From positions 124,001 through 188,000 of the forward strand of contig JAIVFI010000035.1 in the NCBI GenBank assembly GCA_025558095.1: a DNA stretch of 64,000 nt, given 5' to 3'. Both the position numbers and the translations under genes were made by a program. Of the stretch, positions 10,137 through 21,077 are shown in pieces (within the stretch, counting starts at the first letter, position 1; the number at the start of each line of letters is the position of its first letter). The notes beneath the pieces were generated by a model. It was not told the DNA's origin. It searched no databases and saw only the letters and a list, made by a program, of their open reading frames with translations. The stretch is from Hyaloraphidium curvatum SAG 235-1. Its lineage: Eukaryota > Fungi > Monoblepharomycota.

Positions 10137-10743
10137 ATCACAGACCCAGCTGAGCGTCCTGCTGCTCCTCTGCGATGGCTGCGGCAAGCGAGGCGTCGCG
10201 TGCGACTGGCCCCCGCCAGCAATTGCCGGCCCCGGATCCGCGGGTGCAAGCGTAACCCCGAGCTTTAGCGCGTCGCCGATGCTCACCGCGCCGCCCTTCG
10301 TCAATTCCATCTCGCTACGCAACGCAGGTCGCCCTTGCAATCGGTGGTCGTCACGCGGGTGCTTGAAGACCGACCCGAGAATAGAGTCTATGGATCCAGC
10401 CGGGCTTTTGCAATTGAAACCATCCCGCCTGTTGTCTTACAAAGCAAGCAGGATCAGAGATCGGTCGGGCCCAGAAGGGCCTAGGCGGCGGGAATTGAAC
10501 CACCGGCCCAGGCCCTGGCCGCAGCTCCTACTAAGAACGCCTCTGGCGCCGGACCAACTTTCGCGGGGATCATCGGTCAGTCCGGAATCCGCTTCCCAAT
10601 GAAGGGCATGTTGGCTCTGGTCTTTGAGGGATGCGCGACAGAGATTGCAAAGGGCGACATCCGATCGCCCAAGTGTGTGGTTTCCGTTTTGCCGCTTCAC
10701 TCCCCGGTGCACCCAACCCGCAGAAACCGAAGGATCGAAACAA

Positions 10744-11142
10744 ATGCGGGACGCCGGACCGGCAGCGGAAGCAGCCCCCACGTCGGCTCCAGTCGTCGCA
10801 ACCCATTCTCCCGAGCGCCCTTCCGCCTTCACGGTAGCGTCCCTCCCGACCTTCCGCGCCTCGCCGCCGGCCGTGCAGCCTTCATTCCACGCCCTGGCGA
10901 GCACCACACTACCGCCGTTCCGCCGCAACGGTACGGACGTTCTGCGGACGTTCTTCGCCGACGCGCTGCCGGATGCGCACCGCCCGGACGCCGCGCCATG
11001 CCCCCATGGTGTTACGGGCAAAAGGCAGATTTGCCCCGCCTGTCACCTCACCTTCGCTACGGACATATGGATTGACTCGGACGTCGAAGACGACGCTTTG
11101 CTATCCTGCTCAGGAGATCTGCGTTCGAACAGCTGCCTTTGA
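10744..11142 (+). CDS. small CxH-x8-CxxC + acidic-tail protein, copy 3
   Basis: FHALASTTLPPFRRNGTDVLRTFFADALPDAHRPDAAPCPHGVTGKRQICPACH...DIWIDSDVEDD. Confidence 0.65.
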   Translation: MRDAGPAAEAAPTSAPVVATHSPERPSAFTVASLPTFRASPPAVQPSFHALASTTLPPFRRNGTDVLRTFFADALPDAHRPDAAPCPHGVTGKRQICPACHLTFATDIWIDSDVEDDALLSCSGDLRSNSCL

Positions 11143-11455
11143 AGGCGCCGTTCAGAAACCTGGAACGAAGAATAGGGCCGCTGTACTCCAATCACTCTTC
11201 TCGGGGCTTTAACCTGCGCCCCACACGATTATTGTTGGGAGGAAAGGAAGAAGGAGGAAGCGAAGCAAACACCAGGGCAGCATAGACTAGTTGTAAATCC
11301 GCGGCCGACCTCCTCACAGAGTCATGTGCTTCGTCATTCATTGACACACGAGATGTTCGTGCCTACCTTTTGAGATTCGTGGAGCAACCTCAGTATGACG
11401 GGCCACTTTGATAGTGTTTCCAAGGCTGCGCATCCGGTATCAAGGTAGGGTTGTC

Positions 11456-13652
11456 ATGCGCCACCCAAAACCGCCCGACATGAGCGACGCACACTCAACA
11501 AAGCTGTCCGGCTCGCCCAGGGCTACGTCGTCAGCCTGGTCCGTACCGCCAGCGTTCCCGTCCCGTCTTTCTCTGAACGGTTGTGGCAGCATCTCATGTC
11601 GGAAACACCGCAAGAAGTGCGTGTTTATCGCGGGCGCGACCAAGTGCGCACGGTGTCAGACGCTGCAGCGCCGTTGCGAGCTGCGAAAGCACGCGCAGGA
11701 TTCAAAGGACCATGGACACCAGGCAATGTCTTCGACGGAGTCGGCCGAGTTGGAGGACAAGGTCGCTGGCGGTCCGGTGCCACCGCTTGCCGCGCTACAC
11801 ACGCAGGATGAGCCGCTTAGCGCCCCGGGTGACGAGCTTGCCGGTAGGACTACTGCCTTGCTGACGGGCCTCCATCCCTTTAATCTCCGCGCTGCAATTT
11901 GAATCGACTACACTCGCTGCGACTCAGTCTCCATGGATATCGGCCTCGCCACCTTCTGGGAGAGACTGCACCCGACGATCCCCATCGTGCACAGGACAAC
12001 ATTCAACGCCGCCATGGCCTCCTCAACCTGCCCCATCTACCACCAACGACCGCGGGCCCTCGCCTTTGCCATGGCCTCCTGCGGTATCCTTTACTGCTCC
12101 GCGTTACCAAGCGACGACCGCGTTTTGCGCTCTACGGCACTCAGCGACGCAGCCTCCGATGTCATCGCCTCCGCCTACGACCGGGCGGCCCCGATCTCGG
12201 GCATGACGAACCTTGAAGCCGCGCAGGCTGCGGCCTTGCTGGTGCAAGCACTAGCGCCACAAGGCCATGCGCACCGCGCAGGGCTCCTGCTACGCACCGC
12301 AGTGGGAGCGGTAGAGCGCATGTTGCCGCGGCATTCGTGGGGTACGCCCAGGTTCGCGCACTTGGCAACTTCAACGGGGACCGTCGAGTGGGTGGAACAT
12401 GAAATGACACTTCGGACCTACATCCTCGTGGCTTCGCTTGACGTGTCGGTAGACCCATTGTTCCTAGATGGGGCTGTTGCATTGCTGACGTTCCCGCAGG
12501 TCCTTCTCAATTCAGGCGCACCGCCATTCATACGCGACGTACTTCGACACTGGCTATATGCCCCTCCCGCGACACGACTCTCTCTTCGACCAACCCGACC
12601 CCCTCTACAGGTGTACCATCCCACCCCTTCCTCCGGCATTCGTCGACCCAGCCCCTCTTCTACGTAAGCCCCGGCCAGAGACGTTCACTGCGCTCATCGC
12701 CCAGTTCGTGGGCCCGGCCCTTTCTTATCGCGCGTCACACTTTGCACTACGACTGCTCACAGTGCTTTGCAGTGTGCTCTGCGCCCAATTGACAGGTTTT
12801 GCACGTTCAAATGGGGTCGATCCGCTGCGCGCTGTCGCGCTACCCGACAGTGACCGCGACACACACGAGAGCGCGTTCGCCTCCCATGCTGCTCTCCTGG
12901 TAGCCCTCGGCAGAGCAATTGCATCCACCTTTCCCGATTCTTACGGGACCGCGCTTGCCCGTGGCGACGCAACGACCTTCCTTGCCGATGAGGGCCGGTA
13001 CTTTTCTCACCACGCGCACGCGACCGCCTTCCTTGCCTCTGCGGCTGGCGCGGCGGCGGGAAGCATGAACACGCTCCTAGTGGGATGCGACCGCGCCTCG
13101 GGCACCGACCAGCGGCTCTGGACAGCCCCGGTGTTCGCTTCCATTCTCGCCGACGCCGCGCTGTTCATGCGTACACTGCGGTCGGCAGGAGGCGAACTCT
13201 TCGGGCTTTTCGACTTGGTGCCACACGTCGTGCGGGCCGGGGCGTTGGCGCTAGCGGGCAGGAGGCTGGTATGGGGAGCATGTGACAGAGCAGGTCAGGC
13301 GGACAACAGTGATCCAGGCGATTTCGTGGCCGACATCAGGACAGCGGAGGGGTTTTTGGAAGCTTCGGCGGTGAGCCACGGTGGCGTTGGTGAATGACTC
13401 GTAGCCGTGACTTGGGCGAGCATGCTGACTGTCCTTCCTCCAGCTCGCCTGGTGGCCGACGAATTCCGCGCCGCCGCTAATGAGCTCCTTCGGCTGCAGT
13501 CCTCAAACTCTGCGAGCACATTTGATGAAGTCGAACCACTGCCACTAGGTATTCGCTTGGCGCTGGCACGGTGGGACGATGCGAAGCAGGGGCAGAGCTT
13601 CCTGGAGGTGCAGGCGGCTGCAGATTGGTTGCTCTTCGCGTGGGCTTGTTGA
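11456..13652 (+). CDS. Zn2Cys6 transcription factor with fungal TF middle-homology region, copy B (spliced)
   Basis: C-ISCRKHRKKCVFIAGATKCARCQTLQRRC after intron 11539-11589; FWERLHPTIPIVHRTTF; ends WDDAKQGQSFLEVQAAADWLLFAWAC like copy A. Confidence 0.8.
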
Positions 13653-13691
13653 ACTACGGGGGGCCAACCCGTCCTGGACCTCAAATTGGAA

Positions 13692-13900
13692 GCGGCCTTG
13701 CCTCATGAGCCGCCTACTCGGGCTCCGGACCTTGAAGCCACTCGCCGACCAGCGCGGTCACACGAGACTCGCAGGATGAGACCTGCGCGGAGTGTCACAA
13801 CGCCTATGCCGCCGACATTTGCATCGACTCGGACGGCGAGGACGACGCTCTGCTGCCAGTAGCCGCCACGGGCGACCTGCAATCGGACACTTCTGCTTCG
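13692..13900 (+). pseudogene. 3' remnant of the small CxH-CxxC gene, copy 4
   Basis: Encodes ETCAECHNAYAADICIDSDGEDDALL; the 5' part is missing or disrupted. Confidence 0.6.
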
Positions 13901-14015
13901 TCCAGGGGTTCTTCCAACCAGGCCCCACGGTGATAAATGACAGGGGATGGGTGGGCGGACTCCAACACGCCGGAGAAAGACGCCTTGACAGGAAGACAAG
14001 AATAGATTGAATAGA

Positions 14016-16451
14016 TTACCAGAAGGCCCTCAAATTGGGCAGGTTCCCTTGCTCCCCCATATTAATCATGTCCACCAGGGTAAGCGACGGCCGGCGCTCA
14101 GTGGATGCTGCCTCCAGCTCCGGATCGAAAGGCGCAAGCTGCGACCGCGCAGGGTACTGTTCCTTGCTATAGGTCAGCTCCACGGTGACGACGGGATCAA
14201 ACGTGACGCGCTTGTGGCGTACATCCCCCTCCCCCTTGTCCGTCAGCCTCATCTGCCTCGTATCGTCCGGCAGCCGCGCCAAGGGGTCGGGATCGTCCTC
14301 CTCCACCATTCCCGTCCCAGACTCCGAAGCCGTTGCAGTGCCCGAGTCGCTCGCTGTGGTGCAGATCCAGCAGTGCCCGCTATCGGCCACGTTGCCATGC
14401 GGGCACCGCTGTGCCATCTTGCGCGCAAGCTTCAGCATTTCCAAGTCTGCCAGGGAAAGGCGGCATTCCTCCCCGCTCACGAGGGCACGCAGAAGTACGC
14501 GAACGGCCTGGTGAGATTCACCGCCGCAGACTTCAATATACCGAAGGCAGTCCTCGACATCGCGGACGAGCGACGAGTGCACCTCGGCCGCGCGGGCAAG
14601 ATCTGCGGGGGAAGCGCCCGCGAGAAGCTCGCGGAAGCGGCCTAAAACGAGTATGTGCACCCAGGCCGCCTGGGTGGCCGAATAGAGAAGACCAGCGTTG
14701 AGGATGTTGGCGCTTAACTCCTCGGGGGTGCATGCGGCGACAAAAGCGCGGACGATGGAGGCGATGCTTGTGGCGGTGGCCGAGGCCGAGGAGAAAGCTC
14801 GGGAGCCCAGCCAGAGGTCGAACTCGAACCTTGACGACAAATGCGATGTGGCGTTCTCCTGCACGCTGATTGCCGAGTGGGCGACGTCTGTGCTGGGTTC
14901 CGGTATGATGACGCTCATGCCGCTGGTCCGGCCGACGCACACAAAGCCAAAGATCAGCATTACGGCGCCCCTGGGCAGATGAGGGAATTCGATGCACAGC
15001 TCGCCGAGGTCGCCTCTGTTGATGGCCGCGGCGACTTTGGGCGGCAGCGCAGCGTCGATTGCACAGACTGCCTCAACGATGAATGCCTGTCTGCGCTTCG
15101 CCTCTTCAAGGTTCGGGTTGCGCATTACGCGGGTGTTGAAGTCGTCCGACATGACGTCGCGCGCGATCGTGCCGGCTTGAATTCCGTCGGCGATGATCAG
15201 GTCGATGGGCGTAAGATCACATTCATCTTTGAGCCACCAACGGAAAGCGGTGCTCTTCGACCCCATGTAGAGCATGAGAGTGCCGAGGAAAATCATGCTG
15301 TTTTCGCGGATGCCCGTGACGAATCGTTGCAATACAGGTACACGTTCTGCCGGGTCCGGGAGCGGTTGGGCTGTGGCGTCAAAGCCACGGAAGAACTGTG
15401 CGCACGTCAGGGGGGCGGCCTTCGCCAGGAGCCAGTTGGGCAAGGCCGAGGCGCGCCGACGGTCTTGCGGCGGGCCTAGTGCGATTATCCACTCCACAGG
15501 CGCGGGCATGGGTGCGTTCGGGAAGTCAAGGTGCGGCTCAACGGATGGGATCCCGTCCATCTGCATAGCGAGCCAGCTGTCTAGCATGCTGGCGTTCCAG
15601 CAGGCGCTGATGAACACCTGATCCAACGTCCATTGGTCCTGGTCCACCGTCGAGGCTGACGCCGGGATCCCTGTGCGGCGGTAGATGTTGAATATCTGCC
15701 GCAGATACGAGCGGGCCACTGGAACTCTGGCCATCATCAAGTCGGCAAAATTGGCCGCCACGAACAATGAGTCGACGATTGCGGTGGTGCGTATGGTTCG
15801 CACGTCCTCGCCCCGGTCAGCGCGCAGCCAGAAATCACGCAGGGAACTGCGCAGCGTACGGTCGTACTGTGCCTCCAGCTTGTCTGCCAGCTCGCCGAGA
15901 GAGATATCCGGATGGTACGATGCGTCTGCCGGATCGGCGCCCCGCAGGAGTGGGCCCCGGGTGCCAATCCACTCTACGGCGGCAGTCCAAATCGAGGAGG
16001 CGTACAACTGCGCGAAGCGCGGGTCGACGTGGGCGGAAGAACCTCCCAGTCGTCCCCCGATGGCGGCCACCACGGTGCGCGGGTGCGCCGTGATGCCGGC
16101 GGGCATCGCGGCAAACACAAATTCAACCGCGCGGACAAGTCTAGACGACGTCAAATGGACGTCTTCACCGACGCCCGCGACTACCGGCGGTAGCGAGAGG
16201 TCCCGGTCACGCGGCCGACCCCGCGACCGTGCCCGCGACCGCGCCCGTTCCGCCGCGCGTTGGTCGCCATGACTACACGTGCCCGGGCTCGCCAGCTCCT
16301 GGAAACCGCGGTAGTGCCCCTCCGGCGGCGCGGCCCCGTCCATCAGAAAGCCGAGGTGGTTTCCGGACCAGCGCATCCGGACCCTCCAGGTCGGATTATC
16401 CCCATCCCTAATACGGCCAACCCGAAAGGCCCATGGAAGTCCGGAAAGCAC
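14016..16451 (-). CDS. fungal TF MHR-like protein with C-terminal CxH-x8-CxxC knuckle and RVxF motif (start uncertain)
   Basis: About 800-aa open frame; ISACWNASMLDSWLAMQMDGIP...DFPNAPMP resembles the MHR W...D...G.P...lP block; CPHGNVADSGHCWIC; KRVTFDPVVTVELTYSKEQY. Confidence 0.6.
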   Translation of the reverse strand: MLSGLPWAFRVGRIRDGDNPTWRVRMRWSGNHLGFLMDGAAPPEGHYRGFQELASPGTCSHGDQRAAERARSRARSRGRPRDRDLSLPPVVAGVGEDVHLTSSRLVRAVEFVFAAMPAGITAHPRTVVAAIGGRLGGSSAHVDPRFAQLYASSIWTAAVEWIGTRGPLLRGADPADASYHPDISLGELADKLEAQYDRTLRSSLRDFWLRADRGEDVRTIRTTAIVDSLFVAANFADLMMARVPVARSYLRQIFNIYRRTGIPASASTVDQDQWTLDQVFISACWNASMLDSWLAMQMDGIPSVEPHLDFPNAPMPAPVEWIIALGPPQDRRRASALPNWLLAKAAPLTCAQFFRGFDATAQPLPDPAERVPVLQRFVTGIRENSMIFLGTLMLYMGSKSTAFRWWLKDECDLTPIDLIIADGIQAGTIARDVMSDDFNTRVMRNPNLEEAKRRQAFIVEAVCAIDAALPPKVAAAINRGDLGELCIEFPHLPRGAVMLIFGFVCVGRTSGMSVIIPEPSTDVAHSAISVQENATSHLSSRFEFDLWLGSRAFSSASATATSIASIVRAFVAACTPEELSANILNAGLLYSATQAAWVHILVLGRFRELLAGASPADLARAAEVHSSLVRDVEDCLRYIEVCGGESHQAVRVLLRALVSGEECRLSLADLEMLKLARKMAQRCPHGNVADSGHCWICTTASDSGTATASESGTGMVEEDDPDPLARLPDDTRQMRLTDKGEGDVRHKRVTFDPVVTVELTYSKEQYPARSQLAPFDPELEAASTERRPSLTLVDMINMGEQGNLPNLRAFW

Positions 16452-16752
16452 AGATGTGCCGATAGTCTATCTGAGTGAGGACAATGCTGCGCTGGGAGAT
16501 GCCGGAAACAACATGGTACACGCGCGAGACGTGCGCCGGCGCCCCATCGGCTTTCGTATGCGCAAACACCGAGTACTGGAGCAACTGTCGAGACCACAGG
16601 CGGATTCGAGGTCGCTCTTTCCAAACGGCTCGTCGGTGACACCTTCTTCCCAGGTGGGTAGCCACAATCAACAGTATCGCCTTCGCAGTGCACAGGCTGG
16701 GGGTTCCTATGGTAGCCTCCCACGGCGCAATCGGGTACGGCGGGAGGGGAAG

Positions 16753-17438
16753 CTACACTATCTGCTGGTGGATTACAGCTGCGTTGGCCTGCCGGCGGGG
16801 TCGGGGTGGCTGTCGCGGCGTAAGAGTACCGCCGGGGCAGTACTCCATGACCTTGGTAAAGGGCGACCTTGTTTCAAAGCACTCAAAGAGGCGAACCAGA
16901 TGTGGGTGTCCAGCGTGCGAGCGCACGGCCGCGAAGAGGGCCCGCATATAGCGCTCCATGACGTCCACGGACTCAAGCGAGAACTGGAGGTTGCCGCCGG
17001 CGAGGTGCAGGCTGGCCTGTGGTGCTTTAGGGCGCGCCTTGAAGATAGATTTGACGGCGACGCATTCTCCCCACGGGCTGACACACAGCCGCACGGTGCC
17101 CTCTGCGCCAGCGCCGAGCACGTGGATGTCCCTGAACTCCTTTTTGCAGATTTCGGCGCGTTTTTTGGTGCGGGGAGCGGTAGCCAATGGTGGGATGTTT
17201 GCGCCTTCAGCGTGGGCAACCAGCCAGGGACAAGTCGCACCTTGCGCCTCCGTCGCCCGTGCTCGTAAACTCTATCCCGCTGATCAGGCGATAGCGAAAC
17301 GCCGTTTGCCGCCGTGACCGACCCGCGGCCCCCGAGGCCGGTGGGCACGGACCCCCGCCGCCCCGGCTGGGGAAGCTCCCCGTCGCCGGGCGCGCGATCG
17401 TTGTTGTCCGCGCCTCCGTTAATCGCGCAGAGCGCCAT
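16753..17438 (-). pseudogene. truncated Ser/Thr kinase (N-lobe only), paralogue of 17812..19131
   Basis: LGAGAEGTV, VAVK, HPHLVRLFECFET, VMEYCPGGTL, then similarity stops; no HRD or DFG. Confidence 0.75.
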
Positions 17439-17811
17439 GTCATCGCCGTGTCAGCGGCATTCCGTTTCTGTGTGAAGGGCCTTTCAACTGGGTCCAGACC
17501 ATCAGTCCAGAATTGTCTATCAGAGGGTTCAACCGCGGTCTGCAGACCCTGCCTGGGTTGCGATCTGCACGCTGGCCGGCGATTTCCATCAGTTCCAAGA
17601 AAGGCTCGTGGACATGTAAATGCCATGAACTGTAGGCAACAGGCCGCGGAAATGGTGGCCGTACGGCTTGAGCCAGTCCCCTGGAATACCTGCGGCTTCT
17701 GGCAGGAAGGGGTATCCTGCCTCCCAACTCCAACTAGCGCAGGGACGCCGCATGTCGGTGGAATGGCAACGATGCCGTGCACGATGAAGAGCCGGCGATG
17801 AAGGGACCGCA

Positions 17812-19131
17812 ATGGAAGGGAGCGTGTGCGACCGACCTGGTGCTGCCAGCGTTGGAGCCCTTTCCCCGCCTTCGCGGCCGGGGTCCGTGGCCTACGCGCC
17901 CGGGCTGGGAGGGTCCGTGGCCACGGCGCTTGACACTTGTTTATCGTCTGATCAACGGAGACAACTCTACCGCCACGGGCGCTGGAGACGCAAGGTGTGT
18001 GTCCAGCCTGCCCCTTTGCGCCTCCTGGATCTGTCATTTCCGCACAAACATGGACCCGGCCCTCCGCAGGAATTCAGAGACGTCGGTGTGCTAGGGGCCG
18101 GCGGAGAGGCGACGGTGCTGCTGTGTGTCAGCCCCTGGGGGGCCCTCGTGGCTCTCAAGTGCAGTCCCAAGTCGCGCTCCGGCAACTACTATTCATCGGC
18201 GGATCCGAGCGACGCCTTCGAGCGCGAAATGCGGGCCCGCTTTGTCGCCGTCCGCGCCCACGCCGGACACCCGCACCTCATTCGATACATTGAGTGCTTT
18301 GAGACAAAGTCGCGCTTTTACAACGTGATGGAACATTGCCCCGGTGGTACCCTGGCCACATACACCGCCGCAAGGAATGGCAAACTATCCGAGTGTGAGG
18401 CGCAAAGCGCGTGCCGAGTCTTGATGGCCACTGTGGCGTACCTGCACTTGCATGGTATCGTCCACCGCGACATAAAGCCCCAAAATGTGCTTTTGCGGCG
18501 GGAAGGCGACCTGGGATCAATGGTTCTGGCTGATTTCGACAGTTCGCACGTAAGCGAAGATCGAGCGCGGGCTCTGCTAGGCGCCAAGGACTTGGAAGGG
18601 TCGGTCAATAGCGGGGAGGGCCTGGAACATTCGACCGTTCCGAAGATCGCGGAACTCCCTCGCAACACCTCGCAGGACTATACGATGCGCACTATCCGTG
18701 GCACTCCTTTCGTGAGTTTCTCCCCACCAGTTTTCGTTGATGCTGACGTCACATCTATCCTTTCGCAGTATCTCGCACCGGAGGTCGCGCGTGGCTTGCC
18801 CTACAACTCCGCAGTTGACGTCTGGGCCATCGGCTGCATCGCCTACGAACTCCTGCTCGGCGAGCCACCCTTCGCGTCGGCCGCTTCCATAGCCGAGCTC
18901 TTCTCTCGCATCACCGCCGTACAACTCCCACCTCCCGTACCGGGCGTGACCAATTTGGCCGCCGACTTCGTGCAACAGCTTCTCCGACCTGAGCCCGGAG
19001 ACAGGCCTACCGCCGCGGAGGCGCGGCGTCACTTGTGGCTCCGTCTGGGGGCTCATGGTAGGAAGAGATCAGGCGTGGAAGTCTTTTTACGAGAGGAGTC
19101 AGGGGAGTTGGAGGTGCTCCCAACAGACTGA
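17812..19131 (+). CDS. CAMK-like Ser/Thr protein kinase (likely in-frame introns 17995-18069 and about 18712-18768)
   Basis: GAGGEATV, VALK, HRDIKPQN, ADFD, GTPF/YLAPE, DVWAIG, RPTA. Confidence 0.88.
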   Translation: MEGSVCDRPGAASVGALSPPSRPGSVAYAPGLGGSVATALDTCLSSDQRRQLYRHGRWRRKVCVQPAPLRLLDLSFPHKHGPGPPQEFRDVGVLGAGGEATVLLCVSPWGALVALKCSPKSRSGNYYSSADPSDAFEREMRARFVAVRAHAGHPHLIRYIECFETKSRFYNVMEHCPGGTLATYTAARNGKLSECEAQSACRVLMATVAYLHLHGIVHRDIKPQNVLLRREGDLGSMVLADFDSSHVSEDRARALLGAKDLEGSVNSGEGLEHSTVPKIAELPRNTSQDYTMRTIRGTPFVSFSPPVFVDADVTSILSQYLAPEVARGLPYNSAVDVWAIGCIAYELLLGEPPFASAASIAELFSRITAVQLPPPVPGVTNLAADFVQQLLRPEPGDRPTAAEARRHLWLRLGAHGRKRSGVEVFLREESGELEVLPTD

Positions 19132-19228
19132 GCGCATGGTTTTGCAACTTCGGCCTTGCCTTGTCAGAGCACATCTCCGGCTTTTGCTGCAACCTGACAT
19201 GTATGCGGCGTGAAGGACGATTCGCGCT

Positions 19229-19927
19229 GTGGTCAGGTCCGCTGCGCACCGTCGGCTACGTCGAATTGATTCGCCCGAGGCGGCGGCAGAAACGATTCTG
19301 TGCGCGGTGTGGAGCGCTGTTGACGAACAGGAGTTCTATGACTTGCGTCACGGGCGTCATCGCCCAGGGACACGTTCCTGTCCTGGTCTTTGTGGGCCCG
19401 CCACCGCTGTCGGAGCCGACGGACATTGCCGTGCTGCCCGCCGCCGGCTACGCCGCCGCGGCGGCGCTGAAGGACGCGACCGCACCTGGGACGCCCGCCG
19501 TCCTCGCCCCCGCTCCACCCGGGCCCGCCACACGCGAACACGGACCCCGCAGCGGGCAGGTGGCGCTCACGGCGCAGGGGACGGGGCACGCGCCAGAGGC
19601 GCCCGACACGGTGCGCCGCCTTCGGGCAATGCCACCATCGACCCCATCCTGTTGCGTGGGTGGTCTGAGTGCGGAGAGTGCGCGCACGCGCCCAGTGATC
19701 ACGGGACTCACATGGTGTGCGGGCGGCATTTGGGTTGCGCCTCGGCGGTGCGACGCGCACTCAACCTCGCGCTCTGTCGGGTGGCTGAAAACCCCCCGGC
19801 GACCGGGTCCCCCGGTCGCTTCATCCGCACGGTGCGCGAAACTGCACGATTCGGAATGAAGTGGGCCAACATTGTGGGCGCCCCGGGCGGTGCGACCCGG
19901 CGGGTATATAAGTGCATGCCGGCATAG
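19229..19927 (+). CDS. hypothetical Cys/His-containing protein
   Basis: Open frame with CGECAH...HMVCGRHLGC; no family recognised; start unclear. Confidence 0.25.
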   Translation: MVRSAAHRRLRRIDSPEAAAETILCAVWSAVDEQEFYDLRHGRHRPGTRSCPGLCGPATAVGADGHCRAARRRLRRRGGAEGRDRTWDARRPRPRSTRARHTRTRTPQRAGGAHGAGDGARARGARHGAPPSGNATIDPILLRGWSECGECAHAPSDHGTHMVCGRHLGCASAVRRALNLALCRVAENPPATGSPGRFIRTVRETARFGMKWANIVGAPGGATRRVYKCMPA

Positions 19928-20052
19928 CATGGACTGTGTGTGGGTCACCCGGCCCTATCAAAGACACACACGCGCGCCCGAGTGCTGTCACCAAACCACA
20001 GTGAGAACAACATCCGCGTCGTCGGTACACTCGGCGCCTGACGGTGAACTAG

Positions 20053-20595
20053 ATGGATGCACTCCTGCGGCGCGCGGTCCAAGCCGCCTCCCACGTTGCC
20101 GCCCGAAACGAACCACCAGGGACCAAAAGAGTGGACATCTTGCGATGCGTTGGACAGGTGCTGAAGTCCCTGGACAACGGGTCGGGGGGCTACCAGGAGC
20201 TCTACAATAGCATGTTCCAAGGCCAAGCTCAGGCCGTCTTGGTGGACACGCTGGGGCTTCACTGGGACGAACTTCCGGACACCCAGTTCTCCCCGAGCGA
20301 GCTTGTGTTTGCAGTTGATGGGCACTACCCACATGCCGACGACTTTCTCCGCGCAGTTGCGCCAGTCGTACCCAACCGCCCCGCATACGTTCGGCACTTT
20401 GTCTACATCTGCCACTTACTGTTCGGCACTGGGGGTTCGCTGCGAGCGACGAGGGAAAGTCTGTTGCTGTGCGTTCAACGTGCCGGGCTCTGGGGCGCGA
20501 CCGCCGAGGTGCTTGATTCCATGACGGCGCTTGCATCCGACGAAGACTTCTTGGCCATGCTTTCCAGATACGGTGATGCCGATGACGCCGTTTGA
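20053..20595 (+). CDS. hypothetical helical protein
   Basis: ATG-initiated intronless 180-aa ORF with natural amino-acid composition. Confidence 0.55.
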   Translation: MDALLRRAVQAASHVAARNEPPGTKRVDILRCVGQVLKSLDNGSGGYQELYNSMFQGQAQAVLVDTLGLHWDELPDTQFSPSELVFAVDGHYPHADDFLRAVAPVVPNRPAYVRHFVYICHLLFGTGGSLRATRESLLLCVQRAGLWGATAEVLDSMTALASDEDFLAMLSRYGDADDAV

Positions 20596-21077
20596 GGGTG
20601 GAGCATAGTCTAGTGCATGTTCTATGTACGTTGCTACCGAAACCGATCTTCTCGTCAACAACCCGGGCTTTGTGCGCGACTTTCGCGGCAGCGTGCAGCT
20701 GCTCACGCGGTTGATCCTGGAGTTGTCTTTGCCGACAATGGCGGCATTGCACAATTTACACGTGCTACCTTCGTGACACGATGTGGCATCCGTCGCCTGC
20801 CCAGTCGCATCTCACCCCCGCGTCCAGTTCGACCGCTTCTCCTCTCCCGAAGCTTGGCGCTCATTTCGCAAACGTTGCACTCTAGAGGCTGTAGTTGTTC
20901 CAAGTGAGATTCACAGCTCGAATAGCTGCGAAGTGCCCAGAACCTTGAACTGAGAGGCCTGTCGGGCTGCCAGTGCGAAAACAGGTTTGCCCAGACTCGC
21001 TGTGCACTACACGAAGTCGCCACAGCCCAAGTGGACGAGCACAGGGCAACAAGCCCATCTCTGCTCGCCCAGTCGAG

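Noticed and set aside
16510-16548. MGRRRTSRAC as the start of a Zn2Cys6 domain for the 14016..16451 gene
   Set aside because: Suggestive, but I could not find the remaining cysteines in any frame or plausible splice.
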